From the sequence record SRR2962707_940: a stretch of 64,000 nucleotides of DNA; one strand, written 5' to 3'. A model generated the notes under the pieces. That model was not told the DNA's origin. It saw nothing but the letters and a program-made list of their open reading frames with translations, and made no database searches. Shown piece by piece: positions 10,577-21,113 of the stretch; positions within the stretch are counted from its first letter, which is position 1, and every line of letters starts with the position of its first letter. A program made the translations under genes and the position numbers.

Positions 10577-11414
10577 AGAAAAAACAGCCATTGACGGATT
10601 GCCGCCCCTGCGCGCTGTCATCGACAAACATGGCCTCGCTGCCAAAAAAGCGCTTGGCCAGAACTTCTTGCTTGATCTAAATTTGACTGGACGCATTGCG
10701 CGCACTGCCGGTGATCTATCGAACATGACCGTGATTGAAGTTGGCCCTGGCCCCGGCGGTCTTACACGCGCCTTGCTGTTGCATGGTGCAAAAAAGGTGA
10801 TCGCGATTGAGCGCGATGCGCGGTGTCTGCCTGCGCTTGCCGAGATTTCAGACCACTATCCGGGGCGCTTGGAAGTCATTGAGGGCGATGCGCTTGAAGT
10901 CGATATGACCAAACTTGCCGACGGACCTACGGCCATCGTTGCAAACCTTCCCTACAATATTGGCACACAATTGCTGCTCAATTGGCTGAGCCTTGATGAA
11001 TGGCCACCGTTCTATCAATCCATGACATTGATGTTTCAGCGCGAGGTGGCGCTGCGCATTGTGGCAGAGGAAAATGAGAATAATTTTGGCCGATTGAGTG
11101 TTTTGGCTGGATGGCGCAGCAATGCACATATTTCATTTGATGTCCCGCCTCAGGCATTTTGGCCCCCGCCAAAAGTCACGTCGTCGGTCGTTCATATCGT
11201 GCCGAATGCTTCGCCTATCCCATGTGATGCAGGCGCATTAGAGCTGATTACGCGCCATGCGTTCGGTCAGCGCCGCAAAATGCTGCGCCAAAGCCTAAAA
11301 GCAATCGGCGGCATGGAACTACTCGAAAAAGTGGGTATAGATGGCACAAAACGCGCCGAAACACTGTCTGTTTCGGAATTTTGTGCTTTGGCCAATGCCC
11401 ATACCGGGCATTAA
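10569..11414 (+). CDS. rsmA: 16S rRNA m6,2A dimethyltransferase
   Basis: [32 protein letters not shown]. Start moved to ATG 10569, overlapping the end of pdxA. Confidence 0.96.
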   Translation: MSEEKTAIDGLPPLRAVIDKHGLAAKKALGQNFLLDLNLTGRIARTAGDLSNMTVIEVGPGPGGLTRALLLHGAKKVIAIERDARCLPALAEISDHYPGRLEVIEGDALEVDMTKLADGPTAIVANLPYNIGTQLLLNWLSLDEWPPFYQSMTLMFQREVALRIVAEENENNFGRLSVLAGWRSNAHISFDVPPQAFWPPPKVTSSVVHIVPNASPIPCDAGALELITRHAFGQRRKMLRQSLKAIGGMELLEKVGIDGTKRAETLSVSEFCALANAHTGH

Positions 11415-12079
11415 AGTTCTTCGCTGAGCAAGCCTTTAACAAACTCAAACATGCCTGGCCGGCGATCACGCCTCAGGCGCTCAGCCAAAACGATGGCATT
11501 AACCTGCTGGTGTGATGTGCCCAGATCGCGGTTGATGATGACATAGTCATAATCGCGCCAGCGCTCAATTTCAGACGCCGCGTTTTTCAAACGCTTTGCA
11601 ATCACCGCTTCATCGTCTTCTGCGCGTCTGTGCAGACGGTTTTGTAGTTCTGCCATGGTTGGCGGCAACACAAAAATGGAGACAACATCTGTGCGCATTT
11701 TTTCGGCCAATTGGTCGGCGCCCTGCCAATCAATATCAAACAACATATCGCGACCTTCGCGCATTGCCTGCTCTACTGGTTCGCGCGGTGTGCCGTAAAA
11801 ATTGCCGTGTACTTCAGCCCATTCGAGCAACTCATCGGCATCGCGCAGGCGGTCAAATTCGCGCTGTGTGATGAAATGATAGTGAATACCATCAACTTCA
11901 CTGCCGCGGCGTGCACGGGTGGTTACACTGACAGAGAGTTCCAGCCCTGCTTCATCGAGCACATTGCGTGCGATTGACGATTTTCCCGCGCCCGAAGGAG
12001 ACGACAAAACAAGCATCAAACCGCGACGAGGTATACCATCAATCATCGCGGACGGATTCTGCTTTTCTTGTTTCGACAT
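11411..12079 (-). CDS. gmk: Guanylate kinase
   Basis: [32 protein letters not shown]. Confidence 0.97.
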   Translation of the reverse strand: MSKQEKQNPSAMIDGIPRRGLMLVLSSPSGAGKSSIARNVLDEAGLELSVSVTTRARRGSEVDGIHYHFITQREFDRLRDADELLEWAEVHGNFYGTPREPVEQAMREGRDMLFDIDWQGADQLAEKMRTDVVSIFVLPPTMAELQNRLHRRAEDDEAVIAKRLKNAASEIERWRDYDYVIINRDLGTSHQQVNAIVLAERLRRDRRPGMFEFVKGLLSEEL

Positions 12080-12119
12080 ATTAAACCTAGACCCTGCTAC
12101 ACTCGGCCATTATTGGCTA

Positions 12120-13028
12120 TTATTGCAGATTTTGAACCTGCTCTTTGAATTGATCAATCACTGCTTTAAGTGCGAGGCCTGTTGCCGTCAATGTTACCGA
12201 CGATGACTTCGAACAAATGGTGTTCGTTTCGCGGTTAAACTCCTGCGCCAAAAAGTCAAGTTTTCGGCCCACAGCGCCGCCTTGATCCAGTAGATCACGC
12301 GCCGCTTTAACATGCGCGCTAAGGCGATCAATTTCCTCGCAAATATCAGTTTTTGTGACCAGCAGCGCGACCTCGGTATGAATGCGCTCCGAATCGAGCG
12401 CTAAATCATCTTTGCCGTCCAGAATGCTATTTAACTGATCGCGCAGCCGCGTAAATATGGCTTTAGGCTGACTTGCCTCGTCTGTGCGCGCATCGCTAAC
12501 AAGCTTTTCAATCGTCTGTAATTGTGCATTAAGCGCCATGGCGAGCGCCGCGCCTTCTGCTTCACGCATGTGGATGAGCGCACCCGCCGCATCCTCCACC
12601 ACTGCCAATACGGTATCGATCAATTTTTCCCGCTGGGCGTCATCCAGTGCCCCATAGCCAGCAGTCTCATCGGCGATAACAACGCCGCGAAGCGCCAAGA
12701 TTGAATCGGCTGTGGGCGCAGCCAAACCGGATTCGCGCGCCAGTTTGCTCGCCACTTTCGATAATTCTTTAAAACTCTCATGGTCAATGCGCGTGGCGCT
12801 GGTCTGGTTGCCCCGCTCAATGGCGATGGAAACTTGAATATTGCCGCGTTTTGCTTTGTCAGAAATGAGCTTTTTGGCAGCGGTCTCAACCGCCTCAAAG
12901 CCAGATGGCAGTCGCAACCGCAAATCAAGGCTCTTGCCGTTGACCGAGCGCATTTCGCAGGAGACCTGAAACGCGTCAACGCTTTTAGATGCGCTCGAAA
13001 ACCCTGTCATAGACTGCAATTGGTTCAT
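12120..13028 (-). CDS. yicC: YicC/YloC family endoribonuclease
   Basis: SMTGF start, RSVNGK, GRKLDFLAQEFNRETNTICSK. Confidence 0.93.
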   Translation of the reverse strand: MNQLQSMTGFSSASKSVDAFQVSCEMRSVNGKSLDLRLRLPSGFEAVETAAKKLISDKAKRGNIQVSIAIERGNQTSATRIDHESFKELSKVASKLARESGLAAPTADSILALRGVVIADETAGYGALDDAQREKLIDTVLAVVEDAAGALIHMREAEGAALAMALNAQLQTIEKLVSDARTDEASQPKAIFTRLRDQLNSILDGKDDLALDSERIHTEVALLVTKTDICEEIDRLSAHVKAARDLLDQGGAVGRKLDFLAQEFNRETNTICSKSSSVTLTATGLALKAVIDQFKEQVQNLQ

Positions 13029-13058
13029 TTTGCTGCCCCCCAGCAGTCTATCCTCATT

Positions 13059-14282
13059 TTACTGCGAACTTGTCCCCGCAGCGGCTGGTTCAGCGGGCTT
13101 TTCTTCAGCTGCTTTTTTCTCTGCAGCTTTTAAGTCGGCTTCGCGCTGTTTCTCAATTTCGCGCCATTTGGTAACATTCGCATTATGCTCTTCTAGCGTT
13201 TTCGAGAACACATGACCACCGGTGCCATCGGCAACAAAATATAAGTCGTCTGTCTGTGCAGGATTGGCAACCGCTTCAAGCGATGCGCGACCTGGAATAG
13301 CAATTGGCTTTTCCGGCACGCCATCTATCTGGTAAGTATTGTATGGCGTCACCTTATCCAAATCAGATTGATAGATCGGACGGTCGGACGGTTTACCCTC
13401 GCCGCCAAAAATGCCGTAAATAATCGTTGGATCTGATTGAAGACGCATGCCTTTGCGCAGGCGATTTTCAAAAACAGCAGCAACGCGCGGACGCTCTTCT
13501 GCAAGGCCGGTTTCTTTTTCCACAATAGAAGCCAGCGAGACGAATTCTTCAATGGTTTTAACGGGCAAATCTGGCGCGCGCTTCGCCCAAATTTGTTCAA
13601 CGAGCTTCTTTTGCTGCGCCATCATGCGATCAATAATGTCGGCACGGGTTGTTTCACGGCCAAAACGCTGCGTATCGGCAATCAGGCTGCCTTCTGGCGG
13701 CATTTCGTCCGGCATATCACCCACGAGGATTTCATTGGCTTCAATGCGTTTCATCGCCTGAAATACAGTCATGCCTTCAACAATGGTCAAGGAATGTAAA
13801 ATGGCTTGGCCAGAAACAAGCGTGTTCATCACATCATGCATAGATGCGCCCGCTTTCATCTCATACTCGCCGCTTTTCATGGCTTCTTCTTTGCCATAGG
13901 CGCGCACGCCCCATTTAAAGATTTGACCGTCAGAGATGACTTTCTCGCGTTCCAAGGCAGCCGCAATCTGGCCAATGCTTGACCCATTGCGCACATTAAA
14001 TGTCACCGCGCTTCTTAACGGGCCAGCCCCTTCAAATTCGGATTTGCCATAATAAAACCCCGCACCAACCAGCAAAATGCCTAGGATAATCAACGAGAAC
14101 AGGAAGTTGAAAAACACCACAATTTGGCTGCGGGCAGCGCGCGCACGCGTTTTACGCGGAGGCTTTACACCAGGACCTGCTTTGATCGACTGGTTTGGAG
14201 ATTTTGGCACCGGACGTCCCTGATCGGATGACACCGGATCTTGGCCATTGTTGCTACGCCCAAATTTTTCGTTTCCGCTCAC
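13059..14282 (-). CDS. mltG: Endolytic transglycosylase MltG
   Basis: Single TM anchor, ASIVEKET, LQSDPT, YFVADGTGGHVFS. Confidence 0.95.
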   Translation of the reverse strand: MSGNEKFGRSNNGQDPVSSDQGRPVPKSPNQSIKAGPGVKPPRKTRARAARSQIVVFFNFLFSLIILGILLVGAGFYYGKSEFEGAGPLRSAVTFNVRNGSSIGQIAAALEREKVISDGQIFKWGVRAYGKEEAMKSGEYEMKAGASMHDVMNTLVSGQAILHSLTIVEGMTVFQAMKRIEANEILVGDMPDEMPPEGSLIADTQRFGRETTRADIIDRMMAQQKKLVEQIWAKRAPDLPVKTIEEFVSLASIVEKETGLAEERPRVAAVFENRLRKGMRLQSDPTIIYGIFGGEGKPSDRPIYQSDLDKVTPYNTYQIDGVPEKPIAIPGRASLEAVANPAQTDDLYFVADGTGGHVFSKTLEEHNANVTKWREIEKQREADLKAAEKKAAEEKPAEPAAAGTSSQ

Positions 14283-14406
14283 TTGGCGATCCTTCTATTA
14301 CTCAAAACGAAGGCTGCATAAGAATCACACAGCACACACCGTCGACATTGTTGTAATATTTAGCCTCTCTTAGAAAGACTTTATGGCGGAAAATCAGTTG
14401 ATCAGA

Positions 14407-15675
14407 TCACTCTGTGTAACGCTTTAACACCAATGACGCGTTGGTTCCGCCAAATCCAAACGAATTTGAAAGCGCAACATCGACTTTGCGTTCGCGTTTT
14501 TTATGCGGAACAAGATCGATTAAGGTTTCAACTTCAGGATTATCAAGATTAAGGGTCGGTGGAACGACGTTATCGCGAATAGCAAGCGCACAGAAGATAG
14601 CTTCCACAGCACCTGCCGCACCCAGAAGGTGACCAATCGCTGATTTTGTAGAACTCATTGACACATTTCGCGCTGCATCGCCGAGCAATCGCTCAACCGC
14701 ACCAAGCTCAATTGTATCCGCCATTGTCGATGTGCCATGCGCATTGATATAATCAATGTCTGATGGCTCAAGACCTGCACGTTTCAGCGCTGCGCGCATA
14801 CAGCGCTCTGCGCCATTACCGTCCTCAGAAGGGGCGGTAATGTGATGCGCATCACCAGACATGCCATAGCCAACAACTTCAGCATAAATTTTTGCACCAC
14901 GGGCCAGCGCGTGTTCCAGCTCTTCAAGCACAACAATGCCTGCGCCCTCGCCCATCACAAAACCATCGCGGTCTTTGTCATAAGGGCGTGAGGCCTTTGT
15001 TGGCTCATGATTGCGACTTGTGGATAATGCGCGGCAAGCGGCAAATCCAGCCAATGAAATGCGGCTAATCGGTGATTCTGCACCGCCAGCAACCATAACA
15101 TCAGCATCGCCAAGCGCGACGATGCGGCTGGCATCGCCAATCGCATGAGCACCTGTTGAACAGGCTGTCACCACAGAATGGTTAGGGCCACGAAGCTGGT
15201 GCTGAATTGAAACATGGCCACTGGCCAAGTTAATCAGGCGACCCGGCACGAAAAACGGTGATAAACGGCGTGGGCCGCGCTCTTTGAGCAATATCCCGCC
15301 GTCAACAATACCTTCAATACCGCCAATACCCGAGCCAATGAGAACACCGCTGGTGTTTTTTTCTTCATCGGTTTGTGGATGCCAATTGGCGTCGTTTAAT
15401 GCCTGCGTGGCTGCTGCCATGGCATAAACGATAAAAGGATCAACTTTACGCTGTTCTTTTGGCTCCATCCAATCATCTGGATTGAATGTGCCATTGGTGC
15501 CATCGCCGCGCGGTATAGCACAAGCAATTTGAGCGGGCAGGTCGTCAATCTCGAAGCCCGATGCAGTCGCTGCACCGCTCTCACTATTGAGAATACGTTC
15601 CCAGGTGCTCTCCATGGTCCCACCCAAAGGCGATACCATTCCAGCACCAGTTATAACTACACGGCGTAATGTCAT
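14407..15675 (-). CDS. fabF: 3-oxoacyl-ACP synthase II
   Basis: TACSTG, NAHGTST, GHLLGAAG, SNSFGFGGTN. Confidence 0.97.
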   Translation of the reverse strand: MTLRRVVITGAGMVSPLGGTMESTWERILNSESGAATASGFEIDDLPAQIACAIPRGDGTNGTFNPDDWMEPKEQRKVDPFIVYAMAAATQALNDANWHPQTDEEKNTSGVLIGSGIGGIEGIVDGGILLKERGPRRLSPFFVPGRLINLASGHVSIQHQLRGPNHSVVTACSTGAHAIGDASRIVALGDADVMVAGGAESPISRISLAGFAACRALSTSRNHEPTKASRPYDKDRDGFVMGEGAGIVVLEELEHALARGAKIYAEVVGYGMSGDAHHITAPSEDGNGAERCMRAALKRAGLEPSDIDYINAHGTSTMADTIELGAVERLLGDAARNVSMSSTKSAIGHLLGAAGAVEAIFCALAIRDNVVPPTLNLDNPEVETLIDLVPHKKRERKVDVALSNSFGFGGTNASLVLKRYTE

Positions 15676-15685
15676 GTCAAAATAC

Positions 15686-15711
15686 GGGCCGGAACTTGTT
15701 CAGCCCGGCCC
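15686..15711 (-). terminator. Hairpin between acpP and fabF (attenuator or mRNA stabiliser)
   Basis: GGGCCGG/CCGGCCC stem, followed by GTATTTT on the minus strand. Confidence 0.55.
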
Positions 15712-15722
15712 CTATGAAACAC

Positions 15723-15959
15723 TTAAGCGTTTGCTTTTTCGATAAATTTCACTGCGTCGCCAACAGTCAGAATTGTTTCTGCTGCGTCGTCAGGAATTTC
15801 GACACTGAACTCTTCTTCAAATGCCATAACGAGTTCAACTGTGTCCAAGCTGTCTGCGCCTAGATCGTCAATAAAGCTTGCGCCTTCTGAGACTTTCTCA
15901 GCATCAACACCAAGATGCTCAACTACAATTTTCTTTACGCGGTCTGCAACGTCGCTCAT
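15723..15959 (-). CDS. acpP: Acyl carrier protein
   Basis: [14 protein letters not shown] phosphopantetheine site; start ATG 15959 (78 aa). Confidence 0.98.
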   Translation of the reverse strand: MSDVADRVKKIVVEHLGVDAEKVSEGASFIDDLGADSLDTVELVMAFEEEFSVEIPDDAAETILTVGDAVKFIEKANA

Positions 15960-16080
15960 TTCAGAGTTCCTCGAATTTAGTTTCTTCGCTAACGTGACTA
16001 TCCGTACCAAGCATTCTAATCAAGCGCTTTCGTACAATCACATACAAATTTATTTGTTTTATGCCCGATAAAAACGATGA

Positions 16081-16818
16081 TTATATCATCGCCATACCAC
16101 CATTTACATGAATTGTTTGGCCTGTGATATAGGCCGCTTCTTGGCTGGCTAAATAAGCCACAGAAGAAGCGACTTCTGCCCCACTTCCCATACGTTTCAT
16201 AGGAATTGCGCCCAAGATTGTGTCTTTTTGTTTTTCATTGAGCTTGTCTGTCATCGCGCTTTCGATGAAGCCCGGAGCCACACAATTGACTGTCACATTT
16301 CGTGATGCAATTTCCTGTGCCAAAGATTTTGAAAAACCGATCATACCAGCCTTTGAAGCGCAATAATTGGCCTGCCCAGGGTTACCAGTTACACCCACAA
16401 CGGAAGCAATATTGATGATGCGGCCATAACGGCGGCGCATCATCGAATGAGTGATTGAGCGTGTAAGGCGGAAAACCGACGACAAGTTCACATTGATCAC
16501 ATCGTCCCAATCAGCATCCGACATGCGCACAAACAGACCATCACGCGTAATGCCTGCATTGTTCACAAGGATATCGACGCCTTCAAGCGTTGCCTCTGCA
16601 TCTGCCCCAAGCTTTGCGACAGCCTCTTTATCAGACAAATCAGCGGCGAACACATGCGTACGCTCACCAAGATTAGCGGCAAGCGCATTTAGTTTTTCTT
16701 CGCGCGTGCCGTGCAGGCCAACAATTGCGCCCTGTGCATGAAGCATCCGTGCAACGGCTTCGCCGATACCGCCTGATGCGCCTGTTACAAGCGCTTTGCG
16801 CCCGGATAGATCAAACAT
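16081..16818 (-). CDS. fabG: 3-oxoacyl-ACP reductase
   Basis: TGASGGIG, NNAGITRD, YCASK, VNGGMAM. Confidence 0.97.
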   Translation of the reverse strand: MFDLSGRKALVTGASGGIGEAVARMLHAQGAIVGLHGTREEKLNALAANLGERTHVFAADLSDKEAVAKLGADAEATLEGVDILVNNAGITRDGLFVRMSDADWDDVINVNLSSVFRLTRSITHSMMRRRYGRIINIASVVGVTGNPGQANYCASKAGMIGFSKSLAQEIASRNVTVNCVAPGFIESAMTDKLNEKQKDTILGAIPMKRMGSGAEVASSVAYLASQEAAYITGQTIHVNGGMAMI

Positions 16819-16842
16819 ATGATATTCCCACTTCTTTGCCGT

Positions 16843-17790
16843 TTAGGCGTTATTTTCTAAAAATGATTCTATATCGGCAGGGGTGTTGATGGCAACGCCT
16901 GCCAAATCGCGGTTAATGCGGCGCGCGAGACCGGTTAAAACCTTGCCTGAGCCGATTTCTGCCAAATCTGTGACTCCATTGGCTGCAAACCATTCAACTG
17001 TTTCGCGCCAACGCACCTGACCGGTGACCTGCTTAACGAGCAGATCAATCAAGGCAGCCGAATCGGTTTCTGGCGCAACATTGACGTTCGTTACCACCGG
17101 CACGACTGGGTTTTTGCTTGCAACATTGGCAAGCGCTTCAGCCATTGCATCAGCAGCAGGTGCCATCAGCGCGCAATGGAAAGGCGCAGAAACTGGCAAA
17201 ATGATCGCGCGTTTCGCGCCCGCTTCAGAGGCCAATGCGGCGGCAGCTTCCACCGCAGCCTTTGAGCCAGAAATCACCAACTGACCGCCGCCATTATCAT
17301 TGGCAATTTGGCAAACGCCGTCATTCCGCTTTGCTGCATCGGCACAAATTGCGATAACTTGGGCGTCTTCAAGGCCAATAATGGCCGCCATTGCGCCAAC
17401 ACCAACAGGTACAGCGGCCTGCATCGCATTACCGCGAATGCGCAATAGACGCGCTGTATCTGCCAAAGTGAATGTACCAGCAACCGCATGGGCGGCATAT
17501 TCACCCAGTGAGTGACCGGCCATGAATGACACTTTGTCTTTAATGGAGAAGCCTTTGGCTTCAAGAACGCGGGCAATCGCCACTGAAACCGCCATTAAGG
17601 CAGGCTGTGCATTTGCTGTGAGCGTTAGCGTCTCTTCTGGGCCATCCCACATGATTGTGGAGAGCTTTTGGCCTAGTGCGTCGTCAACTTCTTCAAAAAC
17701 CGCTTTGGCTTCGCTGAAAGTGTCTGCGAGCTCTTTACCCATGCCGACAGCTTGGCTGCCTTGGCCGGGAAATGTGAATGCCAATGTCAT
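16843..17790 (-). CDS. fabD: Malonyl-CoA:ACP transacylase
   Basis: FPGQGSQ, GHSLGEY, VSAPFH. Confidence 0.97.
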   Translation of the reverse strand: MTLAFTFPGQGSQAVGMGKELADTFSEAKAVFEEVDDALGQKLSTIMWDGPEETLTLTANAQPALMAVSVAIARVLEAKGFSIKDKVSFMAGHSLGEYAAHAVAGTFTLADTARLLRIRGNAMQAAVPVGVGAMAAIIGLEDAQVIAICADAAKRNDGVCQIANDNGGGQLVISGSKAAVEAAAALASEAGAKRAIILPVSAPFHCALMAPAADAMAEALANVASKNPVVPVVTNVNVAPETDSAALIDLLVKQVTGQVRWRETVEWFAANGVTDLAEIGSGKVLTGLARRINRDLAGVAINTPADIESFLENNA

Positions 17791-17926
17791 TTAATCACTC
17801 CAAAAGTTTGCCCAAAAGTGCAGCGGGTGTGTGACGATAGCCTCGCCGCATGTCAAGAGCGTGTCCCATTTAGCTGCATTTTCCAACATTTTCTTAACGC
17901 TACGACAGCCTATATCTTCTTAAACG

Positions 17927-17944
17927 GTGTCATTGTGCGGTCAT
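17927..17944 (+). promoter_or_regulatory. Putative Pho box upstream of cpdB
   Basis: GTGTCAT-TGTG-CGGTCAT: two CTGTCAT-like heptamers at an 11-bp period; TACAAT at 17967-17972. Confidence 0.55.
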
Positions 17945-18030
17945 ATAATTGACGCAACAAGCATTTTACAATCTGCTCAACGTGTTTACATTTTGCACGG
18001 TTAACCGCTTCATTTCAAAGGCAAAACACC

Positions 18031-20019
18031 ATGAAAAACTCAATGGATATTATCACCCTTTCCCGCCGTCAGCTGCTAACCGGTGTTGCGGCGACATCTG
18101 CATTGATTGTTATGCACCCATTTGCGGTACACGCGGCTTCCAATCAGGCCCATTTGCGCATCATGGAGACGACGGATATCCACGTAAACATCATGCCTTA
18201 TGATTATTATGCCGATAAACCCAATGATACGATGGGTCTTGCGCGCACAGCTTCGATCATCGACAGCATCCGCGCTGAAGCTGGTAACTCTATGCTCATT
18301 GATAATGGCGACCTGCTTCAGGGCAACCCAATGGGTGACTTCATGGCCTATGAAAAAGGCATGAAAGCCGGTGATATGCACCCGATCATGAAGGCGATGA
18401 ATGTGCTGGGTTATGATTGCGGCACGCTTGGCAACCACGAGTTCAATTACGGCCTCGAATTCATGTTTAACGTCATGAATGGAGCGAACTTCCCTATCGT
18501 CTGCGCCAATTTGACCAAAGGCACGCTTGCTTCTGATCCAAAGCAGGATGATCTCTTCTTCAAACCCTATCAAATCATTGAAAAAAGCATCAAAGACGGC
18601 TCTGGCGCTGAAAGCACGGTAAAAGTGGGCTTTATCGGCTTTGTGCCGCCACAAATCATGCAGTGGGATGCGGGCAATCTTGAAGGCAAAGCCCAGACAC
18701 GCGACATCGTTGATGCGGCTAAGGCTTGGGTGCCTGCCATGAAAGAAGAAGGCGCTGACATCGTTATTGCGCTGTCTCACTCAGGCATCGCTGCCACAGG
18801 CCAAGAAGAGCGTATGGAAAACGCCTCGCTTTATCTTGCTGCCGTTGACGGCATTGATGCAATTTTTACCGGTCACCAGCACTTGGTTTTCCCTGGCCCT
18901 AAAACTTGGGATGGTATGGAAGGCGTTGACGGTGTGAACGGCACATTGATGGGCAAGCCAGCCGTAATGGGTGGTTTTTGGGGCTCGCATATGGGCCTGA
19001 TCGATCTACTGCTCGAAAAAAACGGCAATAGCTGGAAAGTGGTCAGCTTTACGTCAGAAGCACGTCCAATCTATAACCGCACCGACGATCGCAAGATCGT
19101 GCCAACGGTTGAAAGCGATAGCCGCATTGAAGAGGCGGTAAAAGCTGAACACGAAGCAACGCTTGCCTATGTGCGCACGCCGGTTGGCGAAACCTCTGCG
19201 CCGCTTTACTCTTATTTTGCCCTTGTTGCCGATGATCCATCGGTTCAGGTCGTAGCCAATGCGCAGACTTGGTATGTCAAAAACCTACTCAAAGAGACTG
19301 AGTTCAAAGACTATCCGGTGCTATCAGCAGCTGCGCCGTTTAAGGCTGGTGGCCGCGGCGGCCCTGAATATTATACTGATGTGGCTGCAGGCCCAATCGC
19401 TATTAAAAACGTGGCGGACCTCTATCTTTATCCAAATACAGTGCAAGCGGTGCTTATTAATGGCGCTCAGGTGAAAAACTGGCTCGAAATGTCCGCCGGT
19501 ATTTTCAATCAGGTTGAAGTAGGCGCAAAAGACGCGCCGCTGATCAATCCAGACTTCCCATCTTATAATTATGATGTGATTGACGGTGTCACCTACCAGA
19601 TCGACCTGTCAAAACCAGCCATGTACGCCAAAGACGGCACAAAGGTTGCGGAAGGCGAAGGCCGTATCGTAGACTTGATGTTTGATGGCCAGCCAATTGA
19701 CCCGACAGCAAAATTTGTCGTTGCCACGAATAATTACCGCGCAGGCGGCGGTGGCCACTTCCCTGATATTGCAAGTGACAAAGTGATTCTCGTTGCGCCA
19801 GATACAAACCGCGATGTGATCGTGCGTTATATTGTCGATAAAGGCACAATCAACCCATCAGCTGATGCCAATTGGTCATTCAAACCGCTGGAAAATACCA
19901 CGGTTCTGTTTGAAACCGGCCCTAAAGGCAAAGAATATGCCAGCGCTGTTAAAGGCGTAAGCATTGTACCAGCCGGTGACGGCGCAGAAGGCTTTGCGCA
20001 ATATCGCATAACCCTTTAA
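18031..20019 (+). CDS. cpdB: 2',3'-cyclic-nucleotide 2'-phosphodiesterase/3'-nucleotidase, Tat-exported
   Basis: SRRQLL Tat signal; ETTDIH, DNGDLLQG, LGNHEFN, GHQH; C-terminal ADLYLYPN and NNYRA. Start is 18031 or 18043. Confidence 0.93.
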   Translation: MKNSMDIITLSRRQLLTGVAATSALIVMHPFAVHAASNQAHLRIMETTDIHVNIMPYDYYADKPNDTMGLARTASIIDSIRAEAGNSMLIDNGDLLQGNPMGDFMAYEKGMKAGDMHPIMKAMNVLGYDCGTLGNHEFNYGLEFMFNVMNGANFPIVCANLTKGTLASDPKQDDLFFKPYQIIEKSIKDGSGAESTVKVGFIGFVPPQIMQWDAGNLEGKAQTRDIVDAAKAWVPAMKEEGADIVIALSHSGIAATGQEERMENASLYLAAVDGIDAIFTGHQHLVFPGPKTWDGMEGVDGVNGTLMGKPAVMGGFWGSHMGLIDLLLEKNGNSWKVVSFTSEARPIYNRTDDRKIVPTVESDSRIEEAVKAEHEATLAYVRTPVGETSAPLYSYFALVADDPSVQVVANAQTWYVKNLLKETEFKDYPVLSAAAPFKAGGRGGPEYYTDVAAGPIAIKNVADLYLYPNTVQAVLINGAQVKNWLEMSAGIFNQVEVGAKDAPLINPDFPSYNYDVIDGVTYQIDLSKPAMYAKDGTKVAEGEGRIVDLMFDGQPIDPTAKFVVATNNYRAGGGGHFPDIASDKVILVAPDTNRDVIVRYIVDKGTINPSADANWSFKPLENTTVLFETGPKGKEYASAVKGVSIVPAGDGAEGFAQYRITL

Positions 20020-20056
20020 TCACAAGCGAAATGGGACCTAACCGCCCCTTACAAAC

Positions 20057-20085
20057 AAAGCGGCGCTTTCACGAGCGCCGTTTTT
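20057..20085 (+). terminator. Rho-independent terminator after cpdB
   Basis: CGGCGCT/AGCGCCG stem followed by TTTTT. Confidence 0.75.
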
Positions 20086-20139
20086 GCATAAGTCGCCTAA
20101 TCTACTTGCGCACTGGCCTAAATCCTGTATAAGGCGGCG

Positions 20140-20323
20140 ATTGCTGTTTAGCCGGGGGCTGAACGGAGGGTAGTCTATTGGCTATTGGAACGCAAAAAGT
20201 TCCTGCCTCCCGTGTTCCCGCTCTCGACCCGTCGAGTTCAAAGCACCTTTCCTTGCCGCAAATGCGGTGGATCTGGTTGCAGAGGCTTCGCGCTAAACAG
20301 CGGCAACAAAAGGAGAGGCATTA
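20140..20323 (+). promoter_or_regulatory. Structured 5' leader of rpsF-rpsR (possible S6:S18 autoregulatory element)
   Basis: Promoter-like TTGCGC-N16-TATAAG at 20106-20133; 10-bp long-range helix 20143-20152/20292-20301; anti-SD helix 20246-20259/20300-20318. Confidence 0.55.
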
Positions 20324-20743
20324 ATGGCCCTATACGAACATACGTTTCTGGCGCGTCAGGATATTTCTGCGCAACAGGTAGAAGAACTTACAACACACTT
20401 TAAAGGTGTTTTGGAAGCAAATGGCGGCTCAATTGGCCGCGTTGAGAGCTGGGGTCTTAAATCCCTTCAGTTCCGCATCAACAAAAACCGTAAAGCACAT
20501 TACGTGCTTATGGACATTGATGCACCAGGTGCAGCAATTCATGAGCTTGAGCGCCAGATGCGCATTCATGAAGATGTATTGCGCTATTTGACTATTAAAG
20601 TCGACGCATTCGAAGAAGGTCCATCAGCAATGATGAAACGCGGCAGCGACCGTGACGACCGTCCTTCACGCGGCGGTGACCGTCCTGACCGTGGCCCACG
20701 CGAAGACCGCGCGCCACGCTTTGAAAAAGGTGGAGACGCATAA
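20324..20743 (+). CDS. rpsF: 30S ribosomal protein S6
   Basis: [34 protein letters not shown]. Confidence 0.98.
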   Translation: MALYEHTFLARQDISAQQVEELTTHFKGVLEANGGSIGRVESWGLKSLQFRINKNRKAHYVLMDIDAPGAAIHELERQMRIHEDVLRYLTIKVDAFEEGPSAMMKRGSDRDDRPSRGGDRPDRGPREDRAPRFEKGGDA

Positions 20744-20991
20744 TGATTGATATTAACCAACTCCCAACACGTCGCCCTTTCCATCGTCGTCGTAAAACGT
20801 GCCCATTTTCTGGCGCGAACTCACCGAAGATCGATTACAAAGACGTAAAATTGCTTCAGCGTTATGTTTCAGAGCGCGGCAAAATCATTCCTTCACGCAT
20901 CACAGCTGTGAGCATGAAGAAACAGCGTGAATTGGCGAAAGCTATTAAACGCGCACGTTTCCTTGGCCTACTTCCATACGTGGTTGGCTAA
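20743..20991 (+). CDS. rpsR: 30S ribosomal protein S18
   Basis: [25 protein letters not shown]. Confidence 0.98.
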   Translation: MIDINQLPTRRPFHRRRKTCPFSGANSPKIDYKDVKLLQRYVSERGKIIPSRITAVSMKKQRELAKAIKRARFLGLLPYVVG

Positions 20992-21001
20992 GAACTAATT
21001 T

Positions 21002-21027
21002 CCCGGCGGTTCGCCGCCGGGCTTTCT
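21002..21027 (+). terminator. Terminator-like hairpin after rpsR
   Basis: CCCGGCGG-TTCG-CCGCCGGG followed by a weak U tract (CTTTCT). Confidence 0.65.
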
Positions 21028-21113
21028 CCTTGATGATCGGCATCATGGATAAAACGAAAAACCGAGTTGGGGTCGCACAAGCACCTCTAACTGCAAGATG
21101 CAGGACAGCGACT

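Noticed and set aside
18076-18780. 234-aa antisense ORF within cpdB, and many similar shadow ORFs in the track
   Set aside because: Mirror-frame artefacts of well-supported genes on the opposite strand.
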